From Antedon mediterranea (Eukaryota > Animalia > Echinodermata): a stretch of DNA of 64,000 bases. The notes below the pieces were generated by a model. It searched no databases, had not been told where the DNA came from, and worked only from the letters and a program-made list of their open reading frames with translations. Every line of letters begins with the position of its first letter. The stretch's first letter is position 1. The translations under genes and the position numbers were made by a program. Positions 1 to 14,600 of the stretch are shown piece after piece. Location: contig NC_092670.1 of the NCBI RefSeq assembly GCF_964355755.1, forward strand, positions 22,988,795 to 23,052,794, in the 5' to 3' direction.

Positions 1-2142
1 ACGTACTACATACAGTGCAGAATAGGTGAAAATAAGTGACCAAAGTTATTGACGCTTTTGAACATGATGACGTCATCACAATTTTGAAAATGGTGAATCG
101 TGCGAAAGATAATTGATTGACCTAGACAATATAAGAAAATTGAGGGAAATGGAATACGGATAAGTGGAGATGCGCTCTATTAAATGTGACGAGCTATGAC
201 GAAAGAGAAAAAAATCCTATATTTTTTATTCGAGTGGCCATACGATGACGTCATAATATTCAGTTAGCCATATTAATGCAAGATTCGATAAAGACAACTC
301 ATCTACTTCCAGAATATGTAATTTAAAAAATTTTCACCACGTAGTTTAGAATTTATGACTGTTTTAAGAAAGGCATAATTTTGACAATTTTGTGAACTTT
401 TTCATCAAAAACGCGTGCAAATTGTTCAATTCTACGTGCTCGTATGACGTGATTTTAAGTCGAAATTGATAGACAATTGGTAAATTTACTAGAAAAGGCT
501 GAAAAACCAAAAATCAAGCAAAAAAAAGATGTTTCTGCGCTACGTGCACACGCGCGCGTAAAAAAATTGCGCACGCGTGGGAATTTTTGAAATGCTCAAA
601 ATGACCTGAAACGCGTAGAAAGTTGATTAGAAATTGATTTTACGCATTTTGAAATTTTAAACGCGCGTGCGCGCGTAACTTTATGGAAAAGTGCAATTTT
701 CAATCCATAGAAAGTTAGCGCATGATATAAACTACACTTTTGCCAAGTTTCAATTAAAATTGCTTTTTGGTTTTTGATATATGTTAAATACGCAAAAATC
801 ACAAAAACGCGCGTAACTTACGCTGCGCAACTATAAAGTCAAAAAACGAAACGTCCTGCACATCTACAGCTACAGGTCAATCTTAAGAAAAAGTTACACA
901 ATATTTTGTTTGCCAGAATTTGAGATACGCTGCCAACAAAATTCAGGGAAAGAAAGAAGAATAACATAGAAAAACTAGATTTGAACTCGTCACTACGGAC
1001 GAGTTAGGTTATCCGCAGTCCTAAAGCCACGTGCACGTCATACGTTGGAATATTGCGCGCAGAAAAACGATTATGCCATTGAAAAAAATGTGAGTGCGCT
1101 GTCTATTTTGTGTCACGTCAAAGTGTATACGGTATACACTATATACCGTATACGTACTACATACAGTTCAGAATAGGTGAAAATAAGTGACCAAAGTTAT
1201 TGACGCTTTTGGACATGATGACGTCATCACAATTTTTAAAATGGTGAATCGTGCGAAAGATAATTGATAGACCTAGACAATATAAAAAAAATGGGGGGAA
1301 ATGGAATACAAATAAGTGAAGATGCGCTATATTAAATGTGACGAGCTACGAGGAAAGAGACAAAAATCCTATATTTTATATTCGAGTGGCCATATGATGA
1401 CGTCACAATGTCCGGTTAGCCATATTGATGCATGATTTGATATCTGCAACTCATCTACTACCAGAATATGTAATTATAAAAAAGTTCACCACGTAGTTTA
1501 GAATTTATGACTGTTTAAAAAAAGGCATAATTTTGACTAATTTTTGAACTTTTTCATCAAAAATGCGCGTAAATTGTTTAATTCTACGTGCTCGTATGAC
1601 GTGATTTTAAGTCGAAATTGTTTGAAAATTTATAAATTTACTAGAAAAGGCTGAAAAAACAAAAATCAAGCAAAAAAAGGATGTTTTTGCGCTACGTGCG
1701 CACGCGCGCGTAAAAAAATTGCGCACGTGTGGGAATTTTTGAAATGCTTAAAATGACATGAAACGCGTAGAAAGTTGATTAGAAATTGATTTTTTGCATT
1801 TTGAAATTTTAAACGCGCGTGCGCGCGTAACTTTTTGTAAAACATGCTATTTTTAATCCATAGAAAGTTTGCGCATGATATGACTTAAATTTTCACCAAG
1901 TTTCAATACAAAATAACTTTTAGTTTTTATTCTATGATCAATCATTGAAATTCACAAAATCGCGCGTAACTTACGCTGCGCGACTCAAAATTTGAAAATA
2001 AAAGTTTCTTGCACATCTACAGCTACATATCAATCTTATGAAAAAGTTATACAATCATATGTTGTCCAAAATTAGAGATATGCGACCAACAAAATTCGTG
2101 GAAAGAAAGAAGAAAATAGAAAAAAAAAGAGAAAAAAAAAAA

Positions 2143-2370
2143 GATCCTGACAATAACAAGAGGTTATCCGCCAAGTGCGGATAACCAAAAAAAAAAAAAA
2201 AAAAAAAAAGATCCTGACAATAACAAGGGGTTATCCGCCAAGTGCGGATAACCAAAAAAAAAAGATCCTGACAATAACAAGGGGTTATCCGCCAAGTGCG
2301 GATAACCAAAAAAAAAAAAAAAAAAAGATCCTGACAATAACAAGGGGTTATCCGCCAAGTGCGGATAACC
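2143..2370 (-). repeat. Stack of four 44-bp 5'-terminal modules separated by A-tracts
   Basis: GATCCTGACAATAACAAG(A/G)GGTTATCCGCCAAGTGCGGATAACC occurs at 2143, 2210, 2264 and 2327. Double stacks also occur at ~10967/11042, ~13469/13533 and ~21033/21092. Confidence 0.95.
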
Positions 2371-5300
2371 AACTAGATTTGAACTCGTCACTACGGACGA
2401 GTTAGGTTATCCGCCTCGCAAAACCCACGCGCATGACACCTAAGTTAGAATATTGCGCGCAGAAAAACGATTATGCCATTGAAAAAATGTTAGTGAGCCC
2501 TCTATTTTGTGTCGCGTCTAAGTGTGTACGGTATACACTATATACTGTATACGTACTGCATACAGTGCAGAATAGGTGAAAATAAGTGACCAAAGTTATT
2601 GACGCATTTGAACATGATGACGTCATCACAATTTTAAAAATGGTGAATCATGCGAAAGATAATTGATTGATCTAGACAATATAAAAAAATTGAGTGAAAT
2701 GGAATACGGATAAGTGGAGATGCGCTCTATTAAATTTGACGAGCTATGACGAAAGAGAAAAAAATCTTATATTTTATATTCGGGTGGCCATACGATGACG
2801 TCACAATGTCCGGTTAGCCATATCAATGCATGATTCGAGAAAAACAACTCATCTACTTCCAGAATATGTAATTTTAAAAAAGTTCACCACGTAGTTTAGA
2901 AGTTATGACAGTTTAAAAAAAGGTCTAATTTTGACGATTTTTTGAAGTTTTTCATCAAAAACACGCGCAAATTATCCAATTCTACGTGCTCGTGTGACGT
3001 GATTATAAGTCGAAATTGATTGAAAATTTATAAATTTACTAGAAAAGGCTGAAAAAATAAAAATCAAGCAAAAAAAAGATGTTTTTGCGCTACGTGCGCA
3101 CGCGCGCGTAAAAAAATTGCGCACGCGTGGGAATTTTTGAAATGCTCAAAATGACATGAAACGCATAGAAAGTTGATTAGAAATTGATTTATCGCATTTT
3201 GAAATTTTAAACGCGCGTGCGCGCGTAACTTTTTAAAACCATGCCATTTTTAATCCATAGAAAGTTTGCGCATGATATGACTTAAATTTTCACCAAGTTT
3301 CAATACAAAATGACTTTTGGTTTTTAATCTATGATCAATCATTGAAATTCATAAAATCGAGCGTAACTTACGCTGCGCGACTCGAAAATCAAAAAACAAA
3401 GTTTCTTGCACATCTACAGATATAGTTCAATCTTATGACAAAGTTATACAATCATTTGTTAGCCAGAATTAGAGATATGCTTGCAACAAAATTCGTGGAA
3501 AGAAAGAAGAAAAAAGAAAAAAAAGAACTAGATTTGAACTCGTCACTACGGACGAGTTAGGTTATCCGCAGTCCTAAAGCCACGTGCACGTCATACGTTG
3601 GAATATTGCGCGCAGAAGAACGATTATGCCATTGAAAAAATGTGAGTGCGCTCTCTATTTTGTGTCACGTCAAAGTGTATACGGTATACACTATATACCG
3701 TATACGTACTACATACAGTTCAGAATAGGTGAAAATAAGTGACCAAAGTTATTGACGCTTTTGCACATGATGACGTCATAACAATTTTTAAAATGGTGAA
3801 TCATGCGAAAGATAATTGATTGACATAGACAATATAAAGAAATGGAGGGCAATGGAATACGGATAAGTGGAGATGCGCTCTATTAAATGTGATGAGCTAT
3901 ACGAAAGAGAAAAAAATCCTATATTTTATATTCGAGTGGCCATACGATGACGTCACAATGTCCTGATAGCCATATTGATACATGATTCGATATCTACAAC
4001 TCATCTACTACCAGAATATGTAATTATAAAAAAGTTTACCACGTAGTTTAGAATCTATGACTGTTTAAAAAAAGGCATAATTTTGACAAATTTTTGGACT
4101 TTTTCATCAAAATTGCGCGCAAATTGTTTAATTCTACGTGCTCGTATGACGAGATTTTAAGGCAAAATTGATTGAAAATTGGTAAATATATTATAAAAGA
4201 CAGAAAAAACAAAAATCAAACAAAAAAAAGATGTTTTTGCGCTACGTGCGCACGGGCGCGTAAAAAAAGTGCGCACGCGTGGGAATTTTTGAAATGCTCA
4301 AAATGACATGAAACGCGTAGAAAGTTGATTAGAAATTGATTTTTCGCAATTTGAAATTTTAAGCGCGCGTGCGCGCGTAACTTTTTGTAAAACATGCCAT
4401 TTTCTCTCCATAGAAAGTTAGCGCATAATATGACTTAAATTTTCACCAAGTTTCTATACAAAATGACTTTTAGTTTTTATTCTATGATCAATCATTGAAA
4501 TTCATAAAATCGCGCGTAACTTACGCTGCGCGACTCAAAATTCATAAAAAAAAGTTTCTTGCACATCTACAGCTACAGCGCAATCTTTTCACAAAGTTAT
4601 ACAACTTTATGTTGGCCGGAATTAGAGATACGCAGCGAACAAAATTCGTGGAAAGAAAGAAGAATATAGAAAAAAAAAAAAAAGAAAAAACTAGATTTGA
4701 ACTCGTCACTACGGACGAGTTAGGTTATCCGCCTCGCAAACGCCACGTGCACATCATACGTTAGAATATTGCGTACAGAAAAACGATTATGCCAATGAAA
4801 AAATGTTAGTGCGCTCTCTATTTTGTGTCACGTCTAAATATATACAGTATAACACTATATTCTGTATACGTACTACATACAGTTCAGAATAGGTGAAAAT
4901 AAGTGACCAAAGTTAATGACGCTTTTGCACATGATGACGTCATAAAAAATTTTAAAATGGTGAATCATGCGAAAGATAATTGATTGACCTAGACAATATA
5001 AAGAAATGGAAGGCAATGGAATACGGATAAGTGGAGATGCGCTCTATTAAATGTGATGAGCTAAGACGAAAGTGAAAAAAATCCTATATTTTATATTTGA
5101 GTGGCCATACGATAACGTCACAATGTCCGGTTAGCTATATTGATGCATGATTCGATATCTACAACTCATCTACTTCCAGAATATGTAATTTTAAAAAAGT
5201 TCACCACGTAGTTTAGAATCTATGACATTTTTAAAAAAGGCATAATTTTCACGAATTTTTTAACTTTTTCATCAAAAACGCGCGCAAATTTTTCAATTCT

Positions 5301-5845
5301 ACGTGCTCGTATGACGTGATTTTAAGTCGAAATTGTTTGAAAGTTGGTAAATCTACTAAAAAAAGACAGGAAAAACAAAAATCAAGCCAAAAAATGATGT
5401 TTTTGCGCTACGTGCGCACGCGCGCGTAAAACAATTGCGCACGTGTGGGAATTTTTGAAATGCTCAAAATGACATGAAATGCGTAGAAAGTTGATTAGAA
5501 ATTGATTTTTCGCATTTTGAAATTTTAAACGCGCATGCGCGCGTAACTTTCTCTAAAACATGCCATTTTCTCTCCATAGAAAGTTAGCGCATGATATGAC
5601 TTAAATTTTCACCAAGTTTCAATACAAAATGATATATAGTTTTTATTCTATGATCAATCATTGAAATTCATAAAATCGCGCGTAACTTACGCTGCGCGAC
5701 TCAAAATTCATAAAAAAAAGTTTCTTGCACATCTACAGCTACAGGGCAATCTTTTGACAAAGTTATACAATCATATGTTGGCCAGAATTAGAGATACGCT
5801 GCCAACAAAAAATGGGAGAGAAGTGTGTAAAGAAAGAAATAAATA

Positions 5846-7424
5846 CTAGATTTGAACTCGTCACTTTGACGAGTTCGGGTTATCCGCGCAAACGCAACAT
5901 GCACATACGTTTAAAATATATGAACGCCGATAATTATTATGCCATCCTATGACATGAATTAAATATGTTTACAGTGCTGAATTGTACCTATTTTGTAGCA
6001 TACATCATATTACAGTGTTTACAGAATACACTGTATATGTTATATACAGTGAAGCATAGACGGAATTACGAGACCCATCTTTTAAATCTAATTATTAACA
6101 CGATGACTTCATCAAATTGACATATAAAAACAACAATTTTAGAAGATAATTATCTAATTAATTACATTAATACAAATTTGAAGAATTTTGGGCACGTAAA
6201 AGTGAGATGCGCTCTCGTTTAAACGCAATGAACTTTTACGCAAGAGGTGAAAATACGACTTTTTTTATTCAATTGGCCATATGATGACGTCACAACATCT
6301 GATTGGCAAAATGTTCACATGATTTCGTATCTACAATCCAATAGCTTCCAGAAAACGTTTTAATCATGATTATCACTTTTTATTCAGACGAGCTATAACA
6401 GAGTAAAATTTACTGTAAAGATGAAAATAAGTGACCCACGTTATTTACATTTTTAGACATGATGCCGTCATAACAATTAACATATTTTTATCTCATGCGA
6501 AAGATAATTGATTGACGTAGACAATAATAAAATCTCGGGGGAAATGGAATTCGTATGAGCGAGATGCGCTTTGTTGAATGTGATGAGCAATAACGAAATA
6601 GACAAAAATCCTATATTTTATATTCGAGTGGCCATATGATGACGTCACAATGTCCGGTTAGCCATTTTCATGCATGATTTGATATCTACAACTCATCTAC
6701 TTCCAGAATCTGAAATTTTAAAAATGTTCACCACGGAGTTTAGAATCTATGACAGTTTAAAAAAAGGCATAATTTTGACAAATTTTTGAACTTTTTCATC
6801 AAAAATGCGCGCAAATTGTTTAATTCTACGTGCTCGTATGACGTGATTTTAAGTCGAAATTGATTTAAAATTGATCAATTTACTAGAAAAGGCTGAAAAA
6901 ACAAAAATCAAGCAAAAAAAAGATGTTTTTGCGCTATGTGCGCACGCGCGCGTAAAAAAATTGCGCACGCGTGGGAATTTTTGAAATGCTCAAAATGACA
7001 TGAAACGCGTAGAAAGTTGATTAGAAATTGATTTTTCGCATTTTGAAATTTCAAACGCGCGTGCGCGCGTAACCTTTTGTGAAACATGCCATTTTTAATC
7101 CATAGAAAGTTTGCGCATGATATTACTTAAATTTACACAAAGTTTCAATACAAAATGACTTTTGGTTTTTAATCTATGATCAATCATTGAAATTCATAAA
7201 ATCGCGCGTAACTTACGCTGCGCAACTCTAAATTCATTAAAAAAAGTTTCTTGCACATCTACAGCTACAGGGCAATCTTTTGACAAAGTTAAACAATTTT
7301 ATGTTAACCAGAATTAGAGATATGCCACCAACAAAATTCGGGGAAAGAAAGAAGAATAACATAGAAAAAAAAAAAAAAGATCCTGACAATAACAAGGGGT
7401 TATCCGCCAAGTGCGGATAACCAA
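5846..7424 (-). mobile_element. Long-variant array unit (~1.58 kb) with an extra diverged ~400-bp block
   Basis: The terminus is a variant, GAACTCGTCACTTTGACGAGTTCGGGTTATCCGC. The block at 5885-6410 is diverged but repeats the GAGATGCGC and GGCCATATGATGACGTCAC landmarks before the normal body resumes. Confidence 0.85.
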
Positions 7425-8646
7425 CTAGATTTGAACTCGTCACTACGGACGAGTTAGGTTATCCGCAGTGCAAAAGCCACGTGCACGTCATACGTTAGAA
7501 TAGTGCGCGCAAAAAAATAAAACGATTATGGCATTGAAAAATGTTAGTGCGCTCTCTATGTTGCGTCGCGTCTAAGTATATACGGTATAACACTATATAC
7601 TGTATACGTACTACATACAGTGCAGAACAGGTGAAAATAAGTGACCAAAGTTATTGACGCATTTGAACATGATGACGTCATCACAATTTTTAAAATGGTG
7701 GATCATGCGAAAGGTAATTGATTGATCTAGACAATATAAAAAAATTGAGTTAAATGGAATAAGGATAAGTAGAGATGCGCTCTATTAAATTGACGAGCTA
7801 TGACGAAAGAGAAAAAAATCCTATATTTTATATTCGGGTGGCCAAACGATGACGTCACAATGTCTGGTTAGCCATATCAATGCATGATTCGAGAAAAACA
7901 ACTCATCTACTTCCAGAATCTGAAATTTTAAATATTTTCACCTCGGAGTTTAGAATCTATGACTGTTTTAAAAAAGGCATAATTTTGACGAATTTTTGAA
8001 CTTTTTCTTCAAAAACGCGCGCAAATTGTTCAATTCTACGTGCTCGTATGACGTGATTTTAAGTCGAAATTGATTGAAAATTGGTAAATGTACTAGAAAA
8101 GGCTGAAAAAACAAAAATCAAGCAAAAAAAAGATGTTTTTGCGCTACGTGCGCACGCGCGCGTAAAAAATATGCGCACGCATGGGAATTTTTTAAATGCT
8201 TAAAATGACCTGAAACGCGTAGAAAGTTGAATAGAAATGGATTTTTCGCAATTTGAAATTCTAAACGCGCGTGCGCGCGTAACTTTTCGGAAAAGTGTCA
8301 TTTTAAATCCATAGAAAGTTAGCGCATGATATAAATTACACTTTTGCCAAGTTTCAATTAAAATTGCTTTTTGGTTTTCAATCTATGTTAAATACGCAAA
8401 ATTCACAAAATCGCGCGTAACTTACGCTGCGCGACTCTAAAGTCAAAAAACGAAACGTCCTGCACATCTACAGCTACAGGTCAATCCTATGAAAAAGTTA
8501 CACAATCTTCTGTTTGCCAGAATTAGAGATACGCTGCCAACAAAATTCAGGGAAAGAAAGAAGAATAACATAGAAAAAAAAAAAAAAAAAAAAAAAAAAA
8601 GATCCTGACAATAACAAGAGGTTATCCGCCAAGTGCGGATAACCAA
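7425..8646 (-). mobile_element. Representative complete array unit with both termini
   Basis: The CTAG/hairpin/subTIR end is at 7425, and the A-tract plus a single 44-bp terminal module ending CCAA is at 8646. Confidence 0.9.
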
Positions 8647-11600
8647 CTAGATTTGAACTCGTCACTACGGACGAGTTAGGTTATCCGCAGCGCAAAATCC
8701 ACGTGCACGTCATACGTTAGAATATTGCGCGCAGAAAAACGATTATGCCATTGAAAAAAATGTTAGTGTGCCCTCTATTTTGAGTCACGTCTAAGTATAT
8801 ACGGTATACACTATATACTGTATACCTACTACATACAGTGAAGAATATGTGAAAATAATTGGCCCAAGTTATTGACGTTTTTGGACATGATGACGTCATC
8901 ACAATTTTAAAAACGGTATATCATGCGAAAGATAATTGATTGGCATAGACAATATAAAAAAATGGGGGGAAATGGAATTCGGATAAGTGGAGATGCGCTC
9001 TATTAAATGTGATGAGCTATGATGAAAGAGACAAAAATCCTATATTTTATATTTGAGTGGCCATACGATGACGTCACTATGTCCTGTTAGCCATATCAAT
9101 TCATGATTCGATATCTACAACTCATCAACTTCCAGAATGTGTAATTTAAAAAAAGTTCACCTTGTAGTTTACAATCTATGACTGTTTTAAAAAAGGCATA
9201 ATTTTGACAAATTTTTGAACTTTTTCTTCAAAAACGCGCGCAAATTGTTCAATTCTGCGTGCTCGTATGACGAGATTTTAAATCAAAATTTATTGAAAAT
9301 TGGTAAATTTACTAGAAAAGGCTGAAAAAACAAAAATCAAGCAAAAAAAAGATGTTTTTGCGCTACGTGCGCACGCGCGCGTAAAAAAACTGCGCACTCG
9401 TGGGAATTTTTGAAATGCTCAAAATGACCTGAAACGCGTAGAAAGTTGATTAGAAATTGATTTTACGCATTTTGAAATTTTAAACGCGCGTGCGCGCGTA
9501 ATTTTTTGTGAAACATGCCATTTTTAATCCATAAAAAGTTTGCGCTTAATATGACTTAAATTTTCACTAAGTTTCAAAACAAAATGACTTATAGTTTTTA
9601 ATCTATGATCAATCATTGAAATTCATAAAATCGCACTTAACTTACGCTGCGCGACTCTAAAGTCAAAAAACGAAACGTCCTGCACATCTACCGCTACAGG
9701 TCAATATTATGACAAAGTTACACAATCTTATGTTGGCCAGAATTAGAGATATGCGACCAACAAAATTCGTGGAAAGAAAGAAGAAAATAGAAACTAGATT
9801 TGAACTCGTCACTACGGACGAGTTAGGTTATCCGCAGTGCAAAAGCCACATGCACGTCATACGTTAGAATATTGCGCGCAAAAAAAAAAACGATTATGGC
9901 ATTGAAAAATGTTAGTGCGCTCTCTATTTTGCGTCGCGTCTAAGTATATACGCTATAACACTATATACTGTATACGTACTACATACAGTGCAGAATAGGT
10001 GAAAATAAGTGACCAAAGTTATTGACGCATTTGAACATGATGACGTCATCACAATTTTTAAAATGGTGGATCATACAAAAAGATAATTGATTGATCTAGA
10101 CAATATAAAAAAATTGAGTGAAATGGAATAAGGATAAGTAGAGATGCGCTCTGTCAAATTGACGAGCTATGACGAAAGAGAAAAAAATCCTATATTTTAT
10201 ATTCGGGTGGCCATACGATGACGTCACAATGTCCGGTTAGCCATATCAATGCATGATTCGAGAAAAAAAACTCATCTACTTCCAGAATCTGAAATTTTAA
10301 ATATTTTCACCTTGGAGTTTAGAATCTATGACTTTTTAAAAAAAGGCATAATTTTCACAAATTTTTGAACTTTTTCATCAAAAACGCGCGCAAATTGTTC
10401 AATTCTACGTGCTCGTATGACGTGATTTTAAGTCGAAATTGTTTGAAAGTTGGTAAAATTACTAGAGAAGGCTGAAAAAACAAAAATCAAGCAAAAAAAA
10501 CATGTTTTTGCGCTACGTGCGCACGCGCGCGTAAAAAAATTGCGTACGCGTGGGAATTTTTGAAATGCTCAAAATGACATGAAACGCATAGAAAGTTGAT
10601 TAGAAATTGATTTTTCGCATTTTGAAATTTTAAACGCGCGTGCGCGCGTAACTTTTTGTAAAACCTGCCATTTTTAATCCATAGAAAGTTTGCGCATGAT
10701 ATGACTTAAATTTTCACCAAGTTTCAATACAAAATGACTTTTGGTTTTTAATCTATGATAAATCATTGAAATTCATAAAATCGCGCGTAACTTACGCTGC
10801 GTAACTCCGAAATCGTCCAAAAGCTTGGCTGCACATCTACAGCTATAGGTAAATATTATGACAAAGTTATACAATCTTATGTTGGCCAGAATTAGAGATA
10901 TACGACCAACAAAATTCGTGGAAAGAAAGAAGAACATAGAAAAAAAAAAAAAAAAAAAAAAAAAAAGATCCTGACAATAACAAGAGGTTATCCGCCAAGT
11001 GCGGATAACCAAAAAAAAGAGAAAAAAAATAAAAAAAAAAAGATCCTGACAATAACAAGAGGTTATCCGCCAAGTGCGGATAACCAACTAGATTTGAACT
11101 CGTCACTACGGACGAGTTAGGTTATCCGCAGAGCAAAAGCCACGTGCACGTCATACGTTAGAATATTGCGCAGAGAAAAACATTATGCCATTGAAAAAAT
11201 GTTAGTGCGCTCTCTATTTTACGTCACGTCTAAGTATACACAGTATACACTATATATTGTATACGTACTACATACAGTGAAGAATATGTGAAAATAAGTG
11301 GCCCAAGTTATTGACGCTTTTGGACATGATGACGTCATCACAATTTTAAAAACGGTATATCATGCGAAAGATAATTGATTGGCATAGACAATATAAAAAA
11401 ATGGGGGGAAATGGAATTGGGATAAGTGGAGATGCGCTCTATTAAATGTGATGAGCTATGACGAAAGAGACAAAAATCCTATATTTTATATTTGAGTGGC
11501 CATACGATGAGGTCACTATGTCCTGTTAGCCATATCGATGCATGATTCGATATCTAAAACTAATCAACTTCCAGAATATGTAATTTTAAAAAAGTTCACC

Positions 11601-14600
11601 ACGTAGTTTACAATCTATGACTGTTTTAAAAAAGGCAAAATTTTGACAAATTTTTGACCTTTTTCATCAAAAACGCGCGCAAATTGTTCAATTCTACGTG
11701 CTCGTATGACGTGATTTTAATTCAAAATTGATTGAAAATTGGTAAATTTACTAGAAAAGGCTGAAAAAACAAAAATCAAGCAAAAAAAAGATGTTTTTGC
11801 GCTAAGTGTGCACGCGCGCGTAAAAAAACTGCGCATGCGTGAGAATTTTTGAAATGTTCAAAATGACCTGAAACGCGTAGAAAGTTGATTAGAAATTGAT
11901 TTTACGCATTTTGAAATTTTAAACGCGCGTGCGCGCGTAATTTTCTGTTAAACATGCAATTTTTAATCCATAGAAAGTTTGCGCTTGATATGACTTAAAT
12001 TTTCACCAAGTTTCAATACAAAATGACTTTTAGTTTTTATTCTATGATCAATCATTGAAATTCATAAAATCGCGCGTAACTTACGCTGCGCAACTCGGAC
12101 GCGACTGAAAACCTTATTACGACATCTTCAGATAGAGGTCAAACTTCTGATAAAGTTATACAATGTTATGTTAAGAAGATTTAGAGATACACTGGCAACA
12201 AAATTCGTGGAAAGAAAGAAGAAAATAGAAAAAAAAGAAAAAAAAAAAAAAAAAAGATCCTGACAATAACAAGGGGTTATCCGCCAAGTGCGGATAACCA
12301 ACTAGATTTGAACTCGTCACTACGGACGAGTTAGGTTATCCGCAGAGCAAAAGCCACGTGCACGTCACACGTTAGAATATTGCGCGCAGAAAAACGATTA
12401 TGCCATTGAAAAAAATGTTAGTGCGCCCTCTATTTTGCGTCGCCTCTAAGTATACGGTATAACACTATGTACTGAATATGTACTACATACAGTGCAGAAT
12501 AGGTGAAAATAAGTGACCAAAGTTATTGACGCTTTTGAACATGATGACGTCATCACAATTTTAAAAATGGTGAATCGTGCGAAAGATAATTGATTGACTT
12601 AGACAATATAAAAAAAATGGGAGAAAATGGAATATGGATAAGTGGAGATGCGCTCTATTTAATGTGACGAGCTATGAGGAAAGAGACAAAAATCCTATAT
12701 TTTATATTCGAGTGGCCATACGATGACGTCATAAGGTCCGGTTAGCCATATTGATGCATGATTCGATATCTGCAACTCATCTACTACCAGAATTTGTAAT
12801 TATAAAAAAGTTCACCACGTAGTTTAGAATCTATGACAGTTTAAAAAAAGGCATAATTTTGACAAATTTTTGAACTTTTTCATCAAAAATGCGCGCAAAT
12901 TGTTTAATTCTACGTGCTCGTATGACGTGATTTTAAGTCGAAATTGATTTAAAATTGATAAATTTACTAGAAAAGGCTGAAAAAACAAAAATCAAGCAAA
13001 AAAAAGATGTTTTTGCGCTACGTGTGCACGCGCGCGTAAAAAATTTGCGCACGTGTGGGAATTTTTCAAATGCTCAAAATGACATGAAATGCGTAGAAAG
13101 TTGATTAGAAATTGATTTTTCGCATTTTGAAATTTCAAACGCGCGTGCGCGCGTAACTTTTTGTAAGACATGCTATTTTTAATCCATAGAAAGTTTGCGC
13201 ATGATATGACTTAAATTTTCACCAAGTTTCAATACAAAATGACTTTTAGTTTTTATTCTATGATCAATCATTGAAATTCACAAAATCGCGCGTAACTTAC
13301 GCTGCGCGACTCGAAATTTGAAAAAAAAAGTTTCTTGCACATCTACAGCTACATATCAATCTTATGACAAAGTTATACAATCATATGTTGCCCAAAATTA
13401 GAGATATGCGACCAACAAAATTCGTGGAAAGAAAGAAGAAAATAGAAAAAAAAAGAGAAAAAAAAAAAGATCCTGACAATAACAAGAGGTTATCCGCCAA
13501 GTGCGGATAACCAAAAAAAAAAAAAAAAAAAAAGATCCTGACAATAACAAGGGGTTATCCGCCAAGTGCGGATAACCAACTAGATTTGAACTCGTCACTA
13601 CGGACGAGTTAGGTTATCCGCAGCGCAAAGGCCACGTGCACGTCATACATTAAAATATTGCGCGCAGAAAAACGATTAAGTCATTGAAACAATTTCAGTG
13701 TGCTCTCTATTTTTCGTCACGTCTAAATATATACGGTATACGCTATATACTGTATACGTACTACATACAGTGCAGAATAGGTGAAAATAAGTGACCAAAG
13801 TTATTGACGCTTTTGAACATGATGACGTCATCACAATTTTGTAAATGGTGAATCCTGCGAAAGATAATTGATAAACCTAGACAACAAAAAAAATGGGGGG
13901 AAATGGAATACAAATAAGGTAAGATGCGCTATATTAAATGTGACGAGCTACGTGGAAAGAGACAAAAATCCTATATTTTATATTCGAGTGGCCATACGAT
14001 GACGTCACAAGGTCCGGTTAGCCATATTGATGCATGATTTGATATCTGCAACTCATCTACTATCAGAATATGTAATTATAAAAATGTTCACCACGTAGTT
14101 TAGAATCTATGACTGTTTAAAAAAAGGCATAATTTTGACAAATTTTTGAACTTTTTCATCAAAAATGCGCGTAAATTGTTTAATTCTACGTGCTTGTATG
14201 ACGTGATTTTAAGTTGAAATTGTTTGAAAGTTGGTAAAATGACTAGAAAAGGATGGAAAAAACAAAATCAACCAAAAAAACGATAATTTTGCGCTACGTG
14301 CGCACGCGCGCGTAAAAAAATTGCGCACGCGTGGAAATTTTTGAAATGCTCAAAATGACATGAAACGCGTAGAAAGTTGATTAGAAATTAATTTTTCGCA
14401 TTTTGAAATTTTAAACGCGCGTGCGCGCGTAACTTTATGCGCAACCTGCCATTTTTAATCCATAGAAAGTTTTCGCTTGATATGACTTAAATTTTCACCA
14501 AGTTTCAATACAAAATGACTTTTGGTTTTTAATCTATGATCAATCATTGAAATTCATAAAATCGCGCGTAACTTACGCTGCGCAGCTCGAAAATCAAAAA

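Noticed and set aside
2143-2370. CRISPR-like repeat-spacer pattern
   Set aside because: The spacers are only poly-A, there are no cas genes, the context is eukaryotic, and the repeats are element termini.
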